A stretch of DNA of 62,000 nucleotides, filler included, from Sphacelaria rigidula (Eukaryota), in the NCBI GenBank assembly GCA_964200075.2. It is 3 parts of 3 records of this genome, joined end to end, with 100 filler letters (N's around TTAATTAATTAA, not from the genome) between each part and the next. Parts side by side here need not be neighbours in the genome. Positions count along the whole stretch, not along the records: positions 1 to 20,608 come from CAXNAA020000510.1; positions 20,709 to 41,304 come from CAXNAA020000512.1; 1 more part is not named here. One strand, given 5' to 3'. The notes below the pieces were generated by a model. It worked only from the letters and a program-made list of their open reading frames with translations. It did no database searches and was not told where the DNA came from. This document shows, piece by piece, positions 14,024-25,923 of this stretch. Both the position numbers and the translations under genes were made by a program. How positions within the stretch are numbered: the first letter of the stretch is position 1; each line of letters opens with the position of its first letter.

Positions 14024-14092
14024 TCGCCAGATATCCGGGGTCCCAGGAGGCGGCATCTGACGCCGCCTCCTGGGACCCCGGATATCTGGCGA
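14024..14092. repeat. Perfect 31-bp inverted repeat (hairpin, 7-nt loop)
   Basis: tcgccagatatccggggtcccaggaggcggc (14024-14054), loop atctgac, gccgcctcctgggaccccggatatctggcga (14062-14092); exact reverse complements. Confidence 0.95.
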
Positions 14093-14218
14093 GAAGGGAA
14101 TAAATCGTAAGACCCCATTCATAAGTGTACATGCATATATTTAAGATCCCGTGAGCAAAATTTCAGAGTCGTAACTGAAAAAAACGGCATGACCTTCCCC
14201 TGGGGAGTAAATTCCGGT

Positions 14219-14482
14219 CATTCACCTTGAACCAGCCTATATGTCGTGGGTACACAAGATTCGACTTCATGGTCGACGAGGTCAAGGGGCCGCTTAACCC
14301 TTCTCGCGATAAAAAGAAGGGCAATCACCGCAGAAAGAAGGGGGGAGTACAAAAAGTTAAAAATAATAAGAAAAAAAATCCTGTATTGACTTTCCTCCTG
14401 GGTGACGCCGGCTGATACGCCCACATACACCGGGAGGTGTACACTGCCGTCCAGAATAGACGAGATGACAACACATACACAT
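14219..14482 (+). mobile_element. 5'-truncated copy of SINE family A
   Basis: Shares gtcgtgggtacac..ttcgact..ggtcgacga..ctctcgcgataaaaagaagggcaa..cctcctg..acaacacatacac with 43596-43946 and 45128-45492. Confidence 0.8.
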
Positions 14483-14611
14483 TTCAGTCACCTCGTATTT
14501 TCGGCAAGAGAGAAGTCACGACGGCAGCACAGCAGTACAGATGGAGCGAGGTGGATTTGCCGCGGTTCGGGTTCATTATGTTCATGCTTGACATATTACT
14601 GAAATTACGGT

Positions 14612-14681
14612 AAACCCGATCCTGACCCCAACCCAAGGCATCGAGAACCCTTGGGCAAGGGGGATGCAAAGGGTGCCCTAG
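14612..14681 (+). repeat. Dispersed element end, Helitron-3'-end-like (hairpin + CTAG followed by T)
   Basis: aaacccgatcctgaccccaacccaagg...ccctt-gggc-aaggg...gggtgccctag|t; homologous to 8281-8356 and 23971-24045. Confidence 0.55.
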
Positions 14682-16299
14682 TCAAAGTGAGTCCTGGTTA
14701 TTTTCGATAATATGTAGGCTTGTTTCTTTCTGCCAAAGCAGTCATGTTCCACGAAATCAGTTCTATTGGCATCCACGGTGTTACGACGGGGAACTGTTTT
14801 TTTTAATAAGGTACTTTAAACGCCTCCGCCAAAAACTGTGGATGATGGCAAGTATCCCGATTTCACAAGGACAGTCCATGCAGCAGCGGGCCAGACAGCA
14901 TCGCCCAGGCGGAGGGAGCATGCGCGTGGAGGATCAAGGTATGTTGATATATAGATAGGCACAATCTCTCGCAGATTGCAATGACAACAGTGCTCTATGC
15001 CAGGGGTTGTGGCAGAATCCTTGCCGCCCAGGGTGAAGACCAGCCCCCCTTGTGAAACCTGACCTCCGGTGTTATGGAAGAGCACTGCGCTCGCGTAACA
15101 CTACCGGCAGAGACACAGAAAACAGTTTGAGCATCTACACAAAGCAGCAGTTCCATTGCAAAATGATTCACTGAAATCCATTCATGTAGCAGATGAAACG
15201 AGCTGACAAAAGATATAAAAGTTTGGAATTTTTCCGCACCAGCACATGGGTGCCGCAGAGAGACCCCTTTCCGTTGTACAAGCTGCTCATCCCAGTGAAG
15301 TATATCCTCGCGCAGTACAATACCATGCACTCCGGCTCAGCACAGAACAGCACAACTGCATGCAACGAAGTACAGTGCAGCACAGAGTATTGTGGAGTCT
15401 TTGTAGTATTATGAATATGGCGGTCGTGACCATGCCATCCAGATTCACGACGTTGCGATATGCGGCCGTGGGTAATGTGTGATTTGGGGGGTTGTGTACT
15501 CGATGGAGCAAGGAACCACACGCGCCTGGTGCCCTTTGAGGCGCAACGATTGCATGTTGGGAACGTGCACCCGGCTTCCAATGACCGCCAACGTGGAGGA
15601 AGATCGATGGAGTTTACAGAGCGCGGCAGGTGTTAACAAACTGTCACTTAGAGCGAGGGTCGGCGTCTCATTTTCTCCTCGAATCCAGCAGAAATGCTGA
15701 AATCCACATATTTTTGTTCGACGAGGTGGAAAACGCCGAATGCGTAAGTTTAAAAGTATTATTTTGCACAGGCATAGGAGTAGCGGGTATCCAAGGTACT
15801 CCCCTACTCTGATCCTCTGCCAAGAGGGACTGCAGGATCAGTACTGTACCGGCGCCGGCAGTAAGCAATCAGTACGTATACAATTCTTGTTCCGAAAGAC
15901 AAAAATCGGAATAAAATACTGTACAGTACTTCAGGAGTTTGGTACAAATTGTCATTATCCATGGGGTATCCCAGTAGAGATCAGTGTTGTCTGCCAGTTT
16001 AAGAGTGGAGACAGCTTCGCTGGGGGGCTGATGTAGCCATGGTGGTTCTTATTATCCTGAGGTACACTTCATCGCTGCAGATTTTTACCTGCCGATCCCC
16101 TTGCACTTTCCGATTTCTAATTATTATTTTTCCTTAGTTCACCACGAATGCTTAGTTCACCACGACTGCTTACCAAAAAGTTATTAAATTCACACAAAAA
16201 AAAAGAGCCTGAGATTATTACCAACGAAATCTCCAACATCGGTTGCGCTCTGTAATTGTACATAAAGTTCGAGTTGGGAAGTTGGACGTGAAAACAATA

Positions 16300-17916
16300 C
16301 GACACTATGATCGGATGCGGCGATCATTATGGATGATGATGCAGCAAGGAAAACTTCGTCGTCGTTGGACCTCGCAGCACGAGAACCGCAATGTTGGAGG
16401 GGCCTGGAATCAAAAGCATTGATGTGCAATCCTACCCCACCCACCCCGCGGTTCATTCGCTGCCCGTAGATGCGGAAGATCCCCAAGACTCACACTTGGG
16501 GTGCTGCGTCTGGAGCACTTCTCGGAGGCCAGTCGAGGCAGTCCGAACGCGAGGTACGGAACCACAATCGATCTCGGAGGAACAGCACCACAACGCACTT
16601 GATGTAGTAATACCGCGGGAAGAGTAAGTGCTGATGTTCGCGGGCACCCGACTACATTACACTCGTTCCCGCTGGTGATTGTGGGCTTTTGAACGGAATT
16701 GAGTATGCATACATTTCGGAATGACATCCTGTCCCGTGAACCCGCGACTCCTACGCTCGCGAAATGTAAAAGACCGCACGGCTAACACGTTGTGCGCATC
16801 TATCGTTATTCCGTATCTTCCGGGAAGGTTGTGAAGTGCCTGCACCATTCCCAGCGCCATCCCGCCCAACACATGCCACATCCACGGTTGACAAAGAATC
16901 TCGACCGGCACACTCCGAACGTACAGCGCCGGTGGTGAATCCGAGGGACATCGCCGTGTGAGAAGAACTTGGAGTCATTCGTGAACAAGATCCGCCTGTG
17001 TATCTCCGCAGCACATGGACACATGCCCTCTCTCTGCTGCCCGGATTTGGACGCATGTAGGATGCACGTGGCTAAGTCCAATGCAGTATTCGCATATTGG
17101 AGGGGGAGAGCATGCCCACAGTGAACTTCCACGGGCGCGGATGGGGCGTTGAACTTGAAAAGAATACTCACCATAAGCGTGAAGTGATCTCAGCGAGCAG
17201 AGGAACGGTGGAGCTCACACGGGACAACATAGTGGTGTACTTGTCAAGCCACGCGTACGTGGATACATCCGGGAACGTGCAAACCTCCAATGTGCTTGCA
17301 AGCCAAAAAGGGCGGCGCAAAGACATCACCGGTGCCGGGGATGCAGGTGTTCGGCGAACTGTCCGCTGAGCTGCGGTTGCCAGAGCCGATGTTTGTTACC
17401 CCCTCCAACTTCCCTGGCGACAGACGCGACGTCCACTGATGATACCGCCGCATTAAACATGGGTGCACGCCGCCGACGTCATAACGGGAGGGGCGGATCG
17501 ACGGCGAACCATGGAAGAGGCGGGTCAGCGAGGACGCATGGCAGGGGCGGGTCAGTGGCGAACGTGCAAGGGGCGGGTCAGCAGCGAGCCATGGAAGGGG
17601 CGGATCAGCGCCGTTGCGTCCTAGGGGCGAGGTGAACGGAGCGAGAAAAGCGCCAGGGGTAGATGTAAATAATAGTCATGGTGGGGCATCGTTCTGGCGC
17701 GACGGCGGGAGGATGATGGGAGAGGGATCGGATCCGGGAACAGATCCTATCAGTCGTAATTGCAGCGACGACAAAGGAGATGGACCCCCAAAGGGCGGGT
17801 CGAAGTATTCAGCGGGGATCTGGATTGGAGATTCAGATTCCGAGCGCAGCATGTCGGAGGGAGAGGATTCGGTATTGGAATCGGTCAAAGACCATGACGA
17901 TGAATTCGCGTTTTGA
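16300..17916 (+). pseudogene. Degenerate coding relic, possibly a DDE (MULE-like) transposase fragment with Gly-rich repeats and an acidic tail
   Basis: Interrupted + strand frames. IRGTSPCEKNLESFVNKIR at ~16939-16995 weakly resembles the MULE TNNxxESxNxxLK catalytic-E motif. It is followed by HGRGGS repeats and ends ...DSDSERSMSEGEDSVLESVKDHDDEFAF*. Confidence 0.25.
17478..17610 (+). repeat. Degenerate ~27-bp tandem repeat (about 5 units, HGRGGS-like)
   Basis: Recurring catggaagaggcgggtcagcg-like units. Confidence 0.75.
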
Positions 17917-18240
17917 TCTAACCTGTAGAGAAAGTTGAAGACGTGTGTCGTGTAGATAGATTCCGCGGGTGTATATTTAACCGTGGCTGTTGTTGTCTCC
18001 TCCTCTAGGTATTTATAGCCCGTTCGTTGCGTTGATAGGAAAGTTGTGATGTGCTTGGTGTGATGCACCCTTGGGTGCACATCAATACGGCGAGTAGGCC
18101 GGCGATGCCCTCGGGCGAATCGCCGGTTGAACGTGAAGACAAGCATTGAGTTTAATCGAACGATTCAGAAAACACAAATCAGGTGGAAGATATGGCCTTG
18201 CACTCAACGTCTTGGAGCACTGTGCAACCCGGCCACCGCA

Positions 18241-18290
18241 CGCGCATCAACTCCAGGAGTTAGGCCGCGCATCAACTCCAGGAGTTAGGC
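18241..18290. repeat. Exact 25-bp tandem duplication
   Basis: cgcgcatcaactccaggagttaggc twice in tandem. Confidence 0.95.
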
Positions 18291-18614
18291 TGTGTCCAAT
18301 TTTGTTCTGCACAGCGGGCGAACCGCCAGGTATCGTTGGTAACAACGATCGCAGTCGATAATCAAAATTGGCGATGGAGTTTTTCAATGAGGATGACTAC
18401 CCGGAGAGTGAAAATATTGTTATCTACATCAACTCTTCGACCCGTTGTTGCATTCGTCCACGTACTGGCAGCCATTGGCTACAACTGCATGCCAAACAAT
18501 TATGGATGTGGAGAACCGAAATTTTGAGGTCCAACAAGAAAAGGTGATGTCGGGGGATGTAGGCGAACCTTATGGATCACGTACATTACCCACATATATA
18601 TAACAATTAACTCA

Positions 18615-19990
18615 TTTATCTTTTTCGCCGTTGAAGAGCATTGGACGCAGGTGCACTTTTTGTCATTTTTTCACTTGATTTTAGAGTACATTTTTTCGCG
18701 CCCATTTCATTCTCCCTGAACTGAAGCTCTGAGAAGCCAGTATTGGCTCTTACTTGATTTTAGAGTACAGCGGAGTACAGCGAAGTACAGCGAAACGGGG
18801 CCGTCGTTCTGTCAACCTCTGACACGTTTTCCGCTTCGATTTCGGTAGACATTTCGCTTGAGGTCGATTCGGGAGCATCGCTTTCATCGCTTTCTCGGCA
18901 GTGTTCTGCATGGTGTTTTCATCCATTTCGTTCCGCCGTTTTTTCCTTGCCGTGGAGGTAGACCCTTCGTTCGTCGACCCTTCGTCCACGTCACACGGCA
19001 TACAGGCCTTCCAATCGCTCCGCCGTTCTTGGTCAGAATCCCAGAACGTTCACATAAGCTCTGAGAACCGAGCATTTCCCCGTACTATAGTGAGTCGCGA
19101 AGTTTCCCGTGTGTACAGACCAGAACACAGAACAGAACGTCTCTGCTATCATGAGTCGAGGACTTTCCCAGCGTCTCTGCCCGGTCAAGCAATACCTGAC
19201 TTCACAGATCACAGTATCACAGTATCACAGTATCACAGTACACGTTTTCCGCTTCCATTCCGCCAGACATTTCGCTTCAGGAGGTTTCAGGAGCATCGCT
19301 TTCCCGGCAGTGTTTTGCATAGTATTTTCATCCATTTCATATTCATAACCGTTCCGTCGTTTTTTCCACCGCACACAGGCCTCCCAATCGCTCCGCTTTT
19401 TTTGGTCGGAATCCCAGAACGTTCCCAGGAGCTCTGAGAACCGAGCATTTCCCCTCACTTGATTATACACAGGGCAGAACGTCTCTGCTATCATGAGTCG
19501 TGGACTTTCCCAGAGTCTCTCGTGGACTTTCCCAGCGTCTCTGCCCGGTTCTCTCAACCTCTTACAAGCATTACCTAATTTCACAGTATCACAGTATTTC
19601 CGCTTCCATTCCGCTACACATTTCGCTTCAGAAGGTTTCTTTTACACAGTATTTTCATCCAGTTCATATCCATAACCGTTCCGCCGTTTTTCCACCGCAC
19701 ACAGGCCTCCCAATCGCTCCGCTTTTTTTGGTCGGAATCCGAGAACGTTCCCAGGAGCTCTGAGAACCGAGCATTTCCCCTCACTTAACCCCTAGACCGC
19801 GAGGTTAGTCTTCTGTTGAATCGGCATCAATTTCAAGTGAAATATTAGTTATATCATTCAGTTTTTTCGCCGTTGACGAGTGTTTCATCTTTTTCACTTG
19901 ATTTTAGACTAACTTTTTTAGAGTACAACGAAACGGGGTCATATCGTTCTTTCAACCTCTGAGAACGCAGCGTTGCCTCTTGCTTGATTT
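18615..19990. repeat. Satellite-like array: about 3 diverged ~350-420-bp units flanked by a further direct repeat
   Basis: ttttccgcttc..catttcgctt..caggcct.ccaatcgctcc..agaacgttc..gctctgagaaccgagcatttccc recurs at ~18822-19080, 19241-19455 and 19598-19785. The block ttttcgccgttga..ttttcacttgattttaga..gaaacggg recurs at ~18620-18820 and 19860-19960. Confidence 0.85.
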
Positions 19991-20608
19991 CACACACGTT
20001 CTTCATGTCAGCATCTTCGCTTTCATTCTGCTAGTCATGCGTTTGGAGGGTTTGGAGTGCAAACACTCTATTTTACTCTATAAGCTTTCCGCGCTCTGTG
20101 GCGTGGATGAGGAAGTTCCTACGGGTTCCGTTTGACCGTTCGAGATGCCACCTGTCATAATGAGCCGCGAACTGCTTTTTCCAACTTCATGTGTACCCTG
20201 GGATAATGGCAAAAACACGTGCGGCTAGTGAGTGCCGCATGACCACGGCCCCGACCGTGGTGCAACTTGGGTCACACTTTCAATCCAAGCCAGCACAACC
20301 AACGCAGGGTATAGTACAACTTTTCATTATCTGCTTTTGAAAAAGATAAAAAGTATGAGGTGCCAAAAATAATAAAAGCTACCAAAAGACTAATAAGTAG
20401 AAAAGTAAAATAGAATAGTATTCATGAAAACAAAACATATTTACAAAGCTATTCAAAAGCACACTTTTATTTATTAAATTGGTTTAGAATTAAAACAACA
20501 TTTAATTTTAACGTTAGTTATTTGATGAATAACACCCAAAAAAGCTGTACCACAGTATCATGTCGCACTCTCTCTCATCTCTCACTACTCGTCGCGTGGT
20601 CGAGTCTG

Positions 20609-20708
20609 NNNNNNNNNNNNNNNNNNNNNNNNNNNNNNNNNNNNNNNNNNNNTTAATTAATTAANNNNNNNNNNNNNNNNNNNNNNNNNNNNNNNNNNNN
20701 NNNNNNNN
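20609..20708. other. Artificial scaffold linker (N44-TTAATTAATTAA-N44)
   Basis: Six-frame-stop spacer at 20653-20664 embedded in Ns; identical construct at 41305-41404. Confidence 0.95.
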
Positions 20709-23040
20709 CGGCTTGTAGGGATGCGAGGTCAATGGTCTGATGACTATGGCACGCATGATCATGAGTACACCTTAGTGTCCTCGAAAATGCTACTGCTCAT
20801 CGGTCCCAAACTGGGCATTAAAAACGTCAGCATCCCCCTCACATATCGGGCCTTCTTGATTCCGTCTGTCATTGCTGCATACTTGGCCTCAGTGGTGAAT
20901 AGGGTGACGCACTTCTGCGTCCTAGAGAACCAAGGCTCTAGCGTACCGCCGCAGCAAATATCTACACCAGAAACGGAACGACGGTCCCCCGCCTTATAGG
21001 CGTAATCTGCGTCTACGTACGTATCCCAGTCAAACTCTAACTGGATAGACTCCAAGTCCCTATCCCTCTTGAACAATACACCTAAATCCGACGTAGTTTC
21101 AGATACTCGAGTATCATTTGTACCGGCTTGTAGTAAATCAGCTTGGAGTCTTGCGAAAACCGTGCGATTGCCCGAACTGAATTCGCAATAGCGGGCCTCG
21201 TCTGGCTTGCAATCGACATCAGGCTCCCCACGATCTCACGGAGGAGCGCAACCACCACGGTCTTCTCCTTGCTTCCCTGTCTGAGGTCCTCAGGAAGGGG
21301 TAGGGGGGTGGGGCTGGTGTTCGAGACGTCAACAGTTGATACCACGCACGACCACTGTGCTTTAATTGGTACAAAGCCTTGTAGAGACGCACCACCTTAG
21401 CAGATACGAACTCACACCCGGGAGGCAGGCGCAAGTAGATATCGGTGTCTAAGGCCGACTGAATGACAGCCTGGTTTACATCCAAGTGCCTCAAATCTCA
21501 GCCTAGCTTACATACCATAGCCGCCACCAACCAGTTTGAAGTAGCATAGGTCATACGGGCAAATGCTTGAAGTAGTCTGCACCTTCTACCTGACCGTACC
21601 CCATATCTATCATGAGGGCTTTCGCCCGGTCAACCATACCATACGAATCATCCTTCAACTTATACAGCCGCTTAGCGTCTACGATGTAGCACCCCTCAGG
21701 AATTTCAGTCACCCCCGCAAACGTTTCAGCAGCCATGAGCCCGCCGAACTCTATCTTCATTGCCTCCATCCACACATCCGTGTACGGCTACGAGAATGCC
21801 ACAGGATACGACACTTGCTCCAGCCCCGCTTCCCGGACGAGACATTTAGGTAGCTCCCCCGGCTCACGGGGAACCTCGTGTACCGCCAGCAGCCCATGGA
21901 TTATTCCCCCCCTTCATTGAGCCCAAACATAGTTACGAGGCCAGCTTCTTCTTGATTGAGTGTTCGCGCCACCGCTCTGGTTCGCCCAAGCTCCTCGCTA
22001 TTTCTAGATCCAACCAGATGCGACTCAAGTTGGCGCCCCGCAGTCCGCGCCACCGTCGGAGCCGGACCACTGATCGTCCGATGAAGTCAACTCGCTCCCC
22101 TCGACTGAAAGGGCGCCGTCGACAGACGGCTCGCTGCTTACCGATGAAAAATAAACACCTGATGGAGCTGTTTTGGTGTCGAGGGCCGGCTGATTTTCAC
22201 CGCATACGAACCCCACTCACCTTAAACATCATGGTCTGCACTCTTCTCTGGAGATATCACTCGACGGTGATGAGGGATTCCCCTTTTCAGCAGCGGTAAA
22301 GGAGTCGGTGGGGAAGAATCGAAATAATCTCGCCCTCTTGGTTCTAGAGTATTTCCCAGCGCCGACGCCCCTCCCGGCTGTGATGTCCCTCCCAGCTTCG
22401 GCGATGCCGGCTGCTGCAGACTGCACCACTATAGCCGCCTCCCAGGTGACTTCCCCTGTCTCCACTACTTCATTCACCCGCATCAGCACCCGCAATGAAT
22501 CGCGGGGGTGGTCGATGCCGGGCACGAGGTAGAAGCTACTCTCGCACCTGGGAACGACTTTGACGGGCGGTTCCAATGACAATAACCCGGAAAAAGAAAT
22601 GGGTGCTGTAATGCAGGTGTTGCCTAACCATGCCGCGTCTCGCACGACCGCTCGTTACCTGGGTTGGACATCGTCGCGGTGTGTGGTTCAGGGTGTCACA
22701 CGCCCAGTGATCCTCAGCCCAGAGGGTCTCCTGTGATGGCAATCTGACCTGTGGAAAGAGGATGGGGGTTTGGACGAGAGCGGCAAGTGTGGCGTTTTGA
22801 ATGTTACCTAGAGCTCTCTCGGCGACGCCGTTCAGCTCCGGACACTTCGCGCTGGTGAATCTATGCTTAATACAGTAGTTCTTGCACGTCCCCGAAATCC
22901 TCACAAAAAAACTTTCACCCGTCGTCAGAACATACTGTAATTACCTCCAACGGTACACCATCCGCCCGTACATTAGTCAAAAACTTCCAGAAGGCGTCAG
23001 CGGCATCGGACTTACGCTCGTTTGATGGAGCAAAACCCTC
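20709..23040 (-). mobile_element. Decayed Ty1/copia LTR-retrotransposon pol fragment (integrase-RT-RNase H)
   Basis: Minus-strand fragments in copia order. Integrase: FTSAKCPELNGVAERA..LWAE..WACDTLNHT (22536-22904). RT: WMEAMKIEF..KARA-like DRAKAL..GYGQVEGADYF, HLDVNQA..DIYLRLPPG..LYKALYQLKHSGRAWY, EIVGSLM..TRPAIANSV. RNase H: YVDADYA..DRRSVSG..WFSRTQKCVTLFTTEAKYAA..IFED. Many frameshifts and stops; no LTR found; truncated by the gap. Confidence 0.93.
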
Positions 23041-23564
23041 AAAACGTCTCTTCCACCACGAAAAGTCTATACTACTCCTGAGCTTCGCAACAGCAGTTTT
23101 GATGCTGCGTATTTCTCGAGATTCTGTGGAGAGACTGAACCCCTTGCAAGCTCAACCCCACCAGCAGATCGCAGCAGGCTATCGATGATGACTTCACCTC
23201 CATGACCGGAAGCAGATTCTGCCCACTCACCAGTCCCAGCACCTTCAGAGTATGAGAGCTGATCTCCACCGACGGACCTCTCTTGCACTCCGCCAGTATT
23301 TTATTCGAAGGTCCTTTCTTGCGTCTCGAGTAGTGTCTTCATTCGGGTCTTCAACTATGTTGTTTTAGTCTGCCATGTCAGAACAACGAGTCAAGTTTGA
23401 AGTTTACACTGACGTTTTCAAAGGATCATGTCGATCAGATTACAGTGTAGCAATAACAGCCCTGTGCTGTGTGCCCAGACGAAATACAGCCCTCGTGCAG
23501 TTTGTCTCGAGGAGATGAAGATGGTGTATTTCAAGTATTTTATACTAATACCATCCATACGGAC

Positions 23565-23672
23565 ACGGGTGGCCACTGAGGTGCCTGTAACCTCACTTTT
23601 GGACGTTACAGACCTTGTGCAACGTCTGTAACGTCCAAATTTGAGGTTGCAGGCACCCCAGTGGTAACCCGT
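23565..23672. repeat. ~108-nt fold-back palindrome (53-bp arms, 46/53 complementary)
   Basis: acgggtggccactgaggtgcctgtaacctcacttttggacgttacagaccttg (23565-23617) pairs with 23620-23672. Confidence 0.9.
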
Positions 23673-23970
23673 CGAGGAAATTGGGTGAATAGAGGTGTAG
23701 GGAACGAGTGATGGATATGGGCGTGGAGAATCAACCTACCACGACTGCCCACGAAGTATAACTTCCAGTCGGCTCACGAGCCACAATTCATGGTCCATTC
23801 ACGATCCACAAATCGACAATTCTCAATTCTACTGTAGCAATAGAGACGATTCTTCGTTCTCCAACCACAATAAACCTTCCTAACAATTTTCCTGGACTAC
23901 TTCATATCCCTTAAATTCCGCGCTCACAAGTGCTGGCTCATGTTTGTAGATGAACTATATTGAACAGGAC

Positions 23971-24045
23971 CTAGGGCATCCTATGCACCCTCCTTGCCAG
24001 AGGTTTCTTGGTCTGCCTTGGGTTGAGGTCTGGGTTAGGGTTAGC
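23971..24045 (-). repeat. Third copy of the telomere-like/CTAG element end
   Basis: ctagggcatcctatgcaccctcc...gccttgggttgaggtctgggttagggttag, homologous to 8281-8356. Confidence 0.55.
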
Positions 24046-24169
24046 CTTCGTTTGACAGACCAAACCATGGAGAATTTACGGCGCCAAGTTGGTCAGAACC
24101 CCCTCGCACAGCACAGCTTGTCATGTTTCGAACTTTCACTCGGAATGAACGGTATCAAAGAACAAGATT

Positions 24170-25470
24170 GAGTCCATGCGCCTGTGGGCAGCAGCACACG
24201 CTCCCCAGAGACCGTACTGCACATTACGGCGGTAGGCCAACGACACAGGCAGACGTCGAGTTCGTCAACCTTGGTGGTGCTGTCAGCGCAGGCGCGAACA
24301 TTTCCATCGAAATAGAGCGCCGCACGGTCGCCTCGTGGGCATCCTTCCGAAAGTATAGTTCCCAACTCTACGATCGGCTCGACGCTCAGCTCTCTGAAAT
24401 CCGGCTGCTATAAGCGGAGGTGGTGAAAGTTGTGCTATACGGATGCGTTGCATGGACTTCCAAAGCCCGCCTACCGCCCGCCACAAGCTTTCAATGCGCA
24501 CAGTTGGCTTCCGCAGGAAGGATCGCGCTGGACACAAGACTCATAGAAAGCTGTGCTCAGCTGTGCTCGAGATGACCAACTGCGAGCGTATCAAGACGAC
24601 TAACTTGCGCGTAACGGGGGACCTTGTCCGCCAGGACGAAACACGTCTCCCAAAGCGTATCGTATCCGGACGGCTGGCCGCACAGTGGCCCATGGAGGCT
24701 CACCAGCCTTCCAAACACTACGAGAAGCGCCTCCAGGAGAATGTGCGTGCACTAGGGGCCGTCCCACGCAGGGGGGAACGAAGGAACTGGTTCGGTTGAG
24801 GTATGGAGGTAAATGACTCACAAGACTGGGTCACTGCCGCGAAGAACGTGGACAAATGGCACCTGAGGGTCGAGCGAGGGGTGGGGGGGTTCGAGGAGGC
24901 GTGGCAACGCGAAGGCATACGCCAATCGAACCTCCGCTACGAACAAGAGGCTGTTGCGTTGAGAGGCACCAGCAGGAGAACCGCCACCGCTGACACAGTG
25001 ACAAAAGCTCGCGAAGATCCCATGATGGAAGTGGTCGAGAGAATGACCCGCTTTTGCACCCGACTAGGGATGAGTGGGGCAGGCGGGAAAGACATGGAAA
25101 TGGATACACCCTTTCTTATCTTATCGGCTGTTGACTTATTTCCTTGGCTTACAACCATGGCGATATTCCTAGCTGTGTTCCTGTACATGTTCCTCAAGGA
25201 TCAGTTGATGCGCAACAATGAATCATTCAACTTATTGACTCTCGCTCTTCTTTCCTGCGGTTACACACTGGACTCTTCTGTGCTAAAGCAGCTATTATAC
25301 TTCGATGCTCGACGTGCTTCTATCACTATAGATATCACTTTCGTTTCAGTGACATTTTGTCAAGGAGGGCAAGCCGTCTTTCTAGTGTCGTGGGGTGTCA
25401 CAGTAGTTTTACGCAAAGATGGATGGGCCAGCTGACATCTGCCGGCGGAAAAATGTCACCGCCGAACTTC
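24170..25470 (+). mobile_element. 5'-truncated, decayed non-LTR retrotransposon (RTE-like LINE): C-terminal RT region and 3' tail
   Basis: EFVNLGGAVSAGANISIEIERRTVASWASFRKY..LYDR..IRLL*AEVVKVVLYGCVAW..RLPKRIVSGRLA..DWVTAAKNVDKWHLRVERG matches the FxYLGS / EIxxRIxxA / LLYGxExW / RLPKxIxxG / W..AAxDRxxW pattern of RTE-clade LINE ORFs. Frameshifts and stops present; the 3' boundary is approximate. Confidence 0.88.
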
Positions 25471-25923
25471 CTCGTATACACCTGCGCCATTCGTTTCTAC
25501 ACCGTTCCGTGTGTCACCGGACCCTGGATAATTCGCGGGAAGTAGTCTGGACCAATACATCTTTGTACTCTCAGCATGCTGCAAGTTAGACTACAGTGTT
25601 GCGCTGTGCATCAGGAACGCCGACGGCGGTACTGTTTTCAAGTCGATGGGAACAATGCGCTCGACTGAGCGTGAAATCAATGCCGCCGAACGTGAAATAC
25701 AGTAGCCTTCTATTCGATCCGGTTGTATTTCACTCATCTGTGCCCCTCTCCGGTATTGTGTCTGATTGCGTTCGGAAAATTGCAGTGGTTCACTCAATAA
25801 AGGATCTCATGATGCCATAAAATCCTCTGAAATTTTCGTTATCGCTCGTGTCATTTCGGCAGTCATATTATGCGACCTATGTGATCCCTCTAATCCACTC
25901 TGAATGTCTGTCTCTCTGAGCAG

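Noticed and set aside
14820-15310. piggyBac-like snippets (YIDRHN, RRETPFRCTSC)
   Set aside because: Too short, in different frames, and with no TTAA-bounded TIRs identified.
18615-19990. CRISPR-like array
   Set aside because: Units are long diverged tandem copies without unique spacers, there are no cas genes, and the context is eukaryotic.
20609-20708. Palindromic TTAATTAATTAA inside N runs, repeated at 41349-41360
   Set aside because: Synthetic six-frame-stop contig linker, not biology. It also means adjacency across these gaps is not proven.
24803-25435. 210-aa ORF with a hydrophobic C-terminus as a membrane-protein gene
   Set aside because: The N-terminal part is the LINE ORF end and the rest is read-through into a pyrimidine-rich 3' tail.
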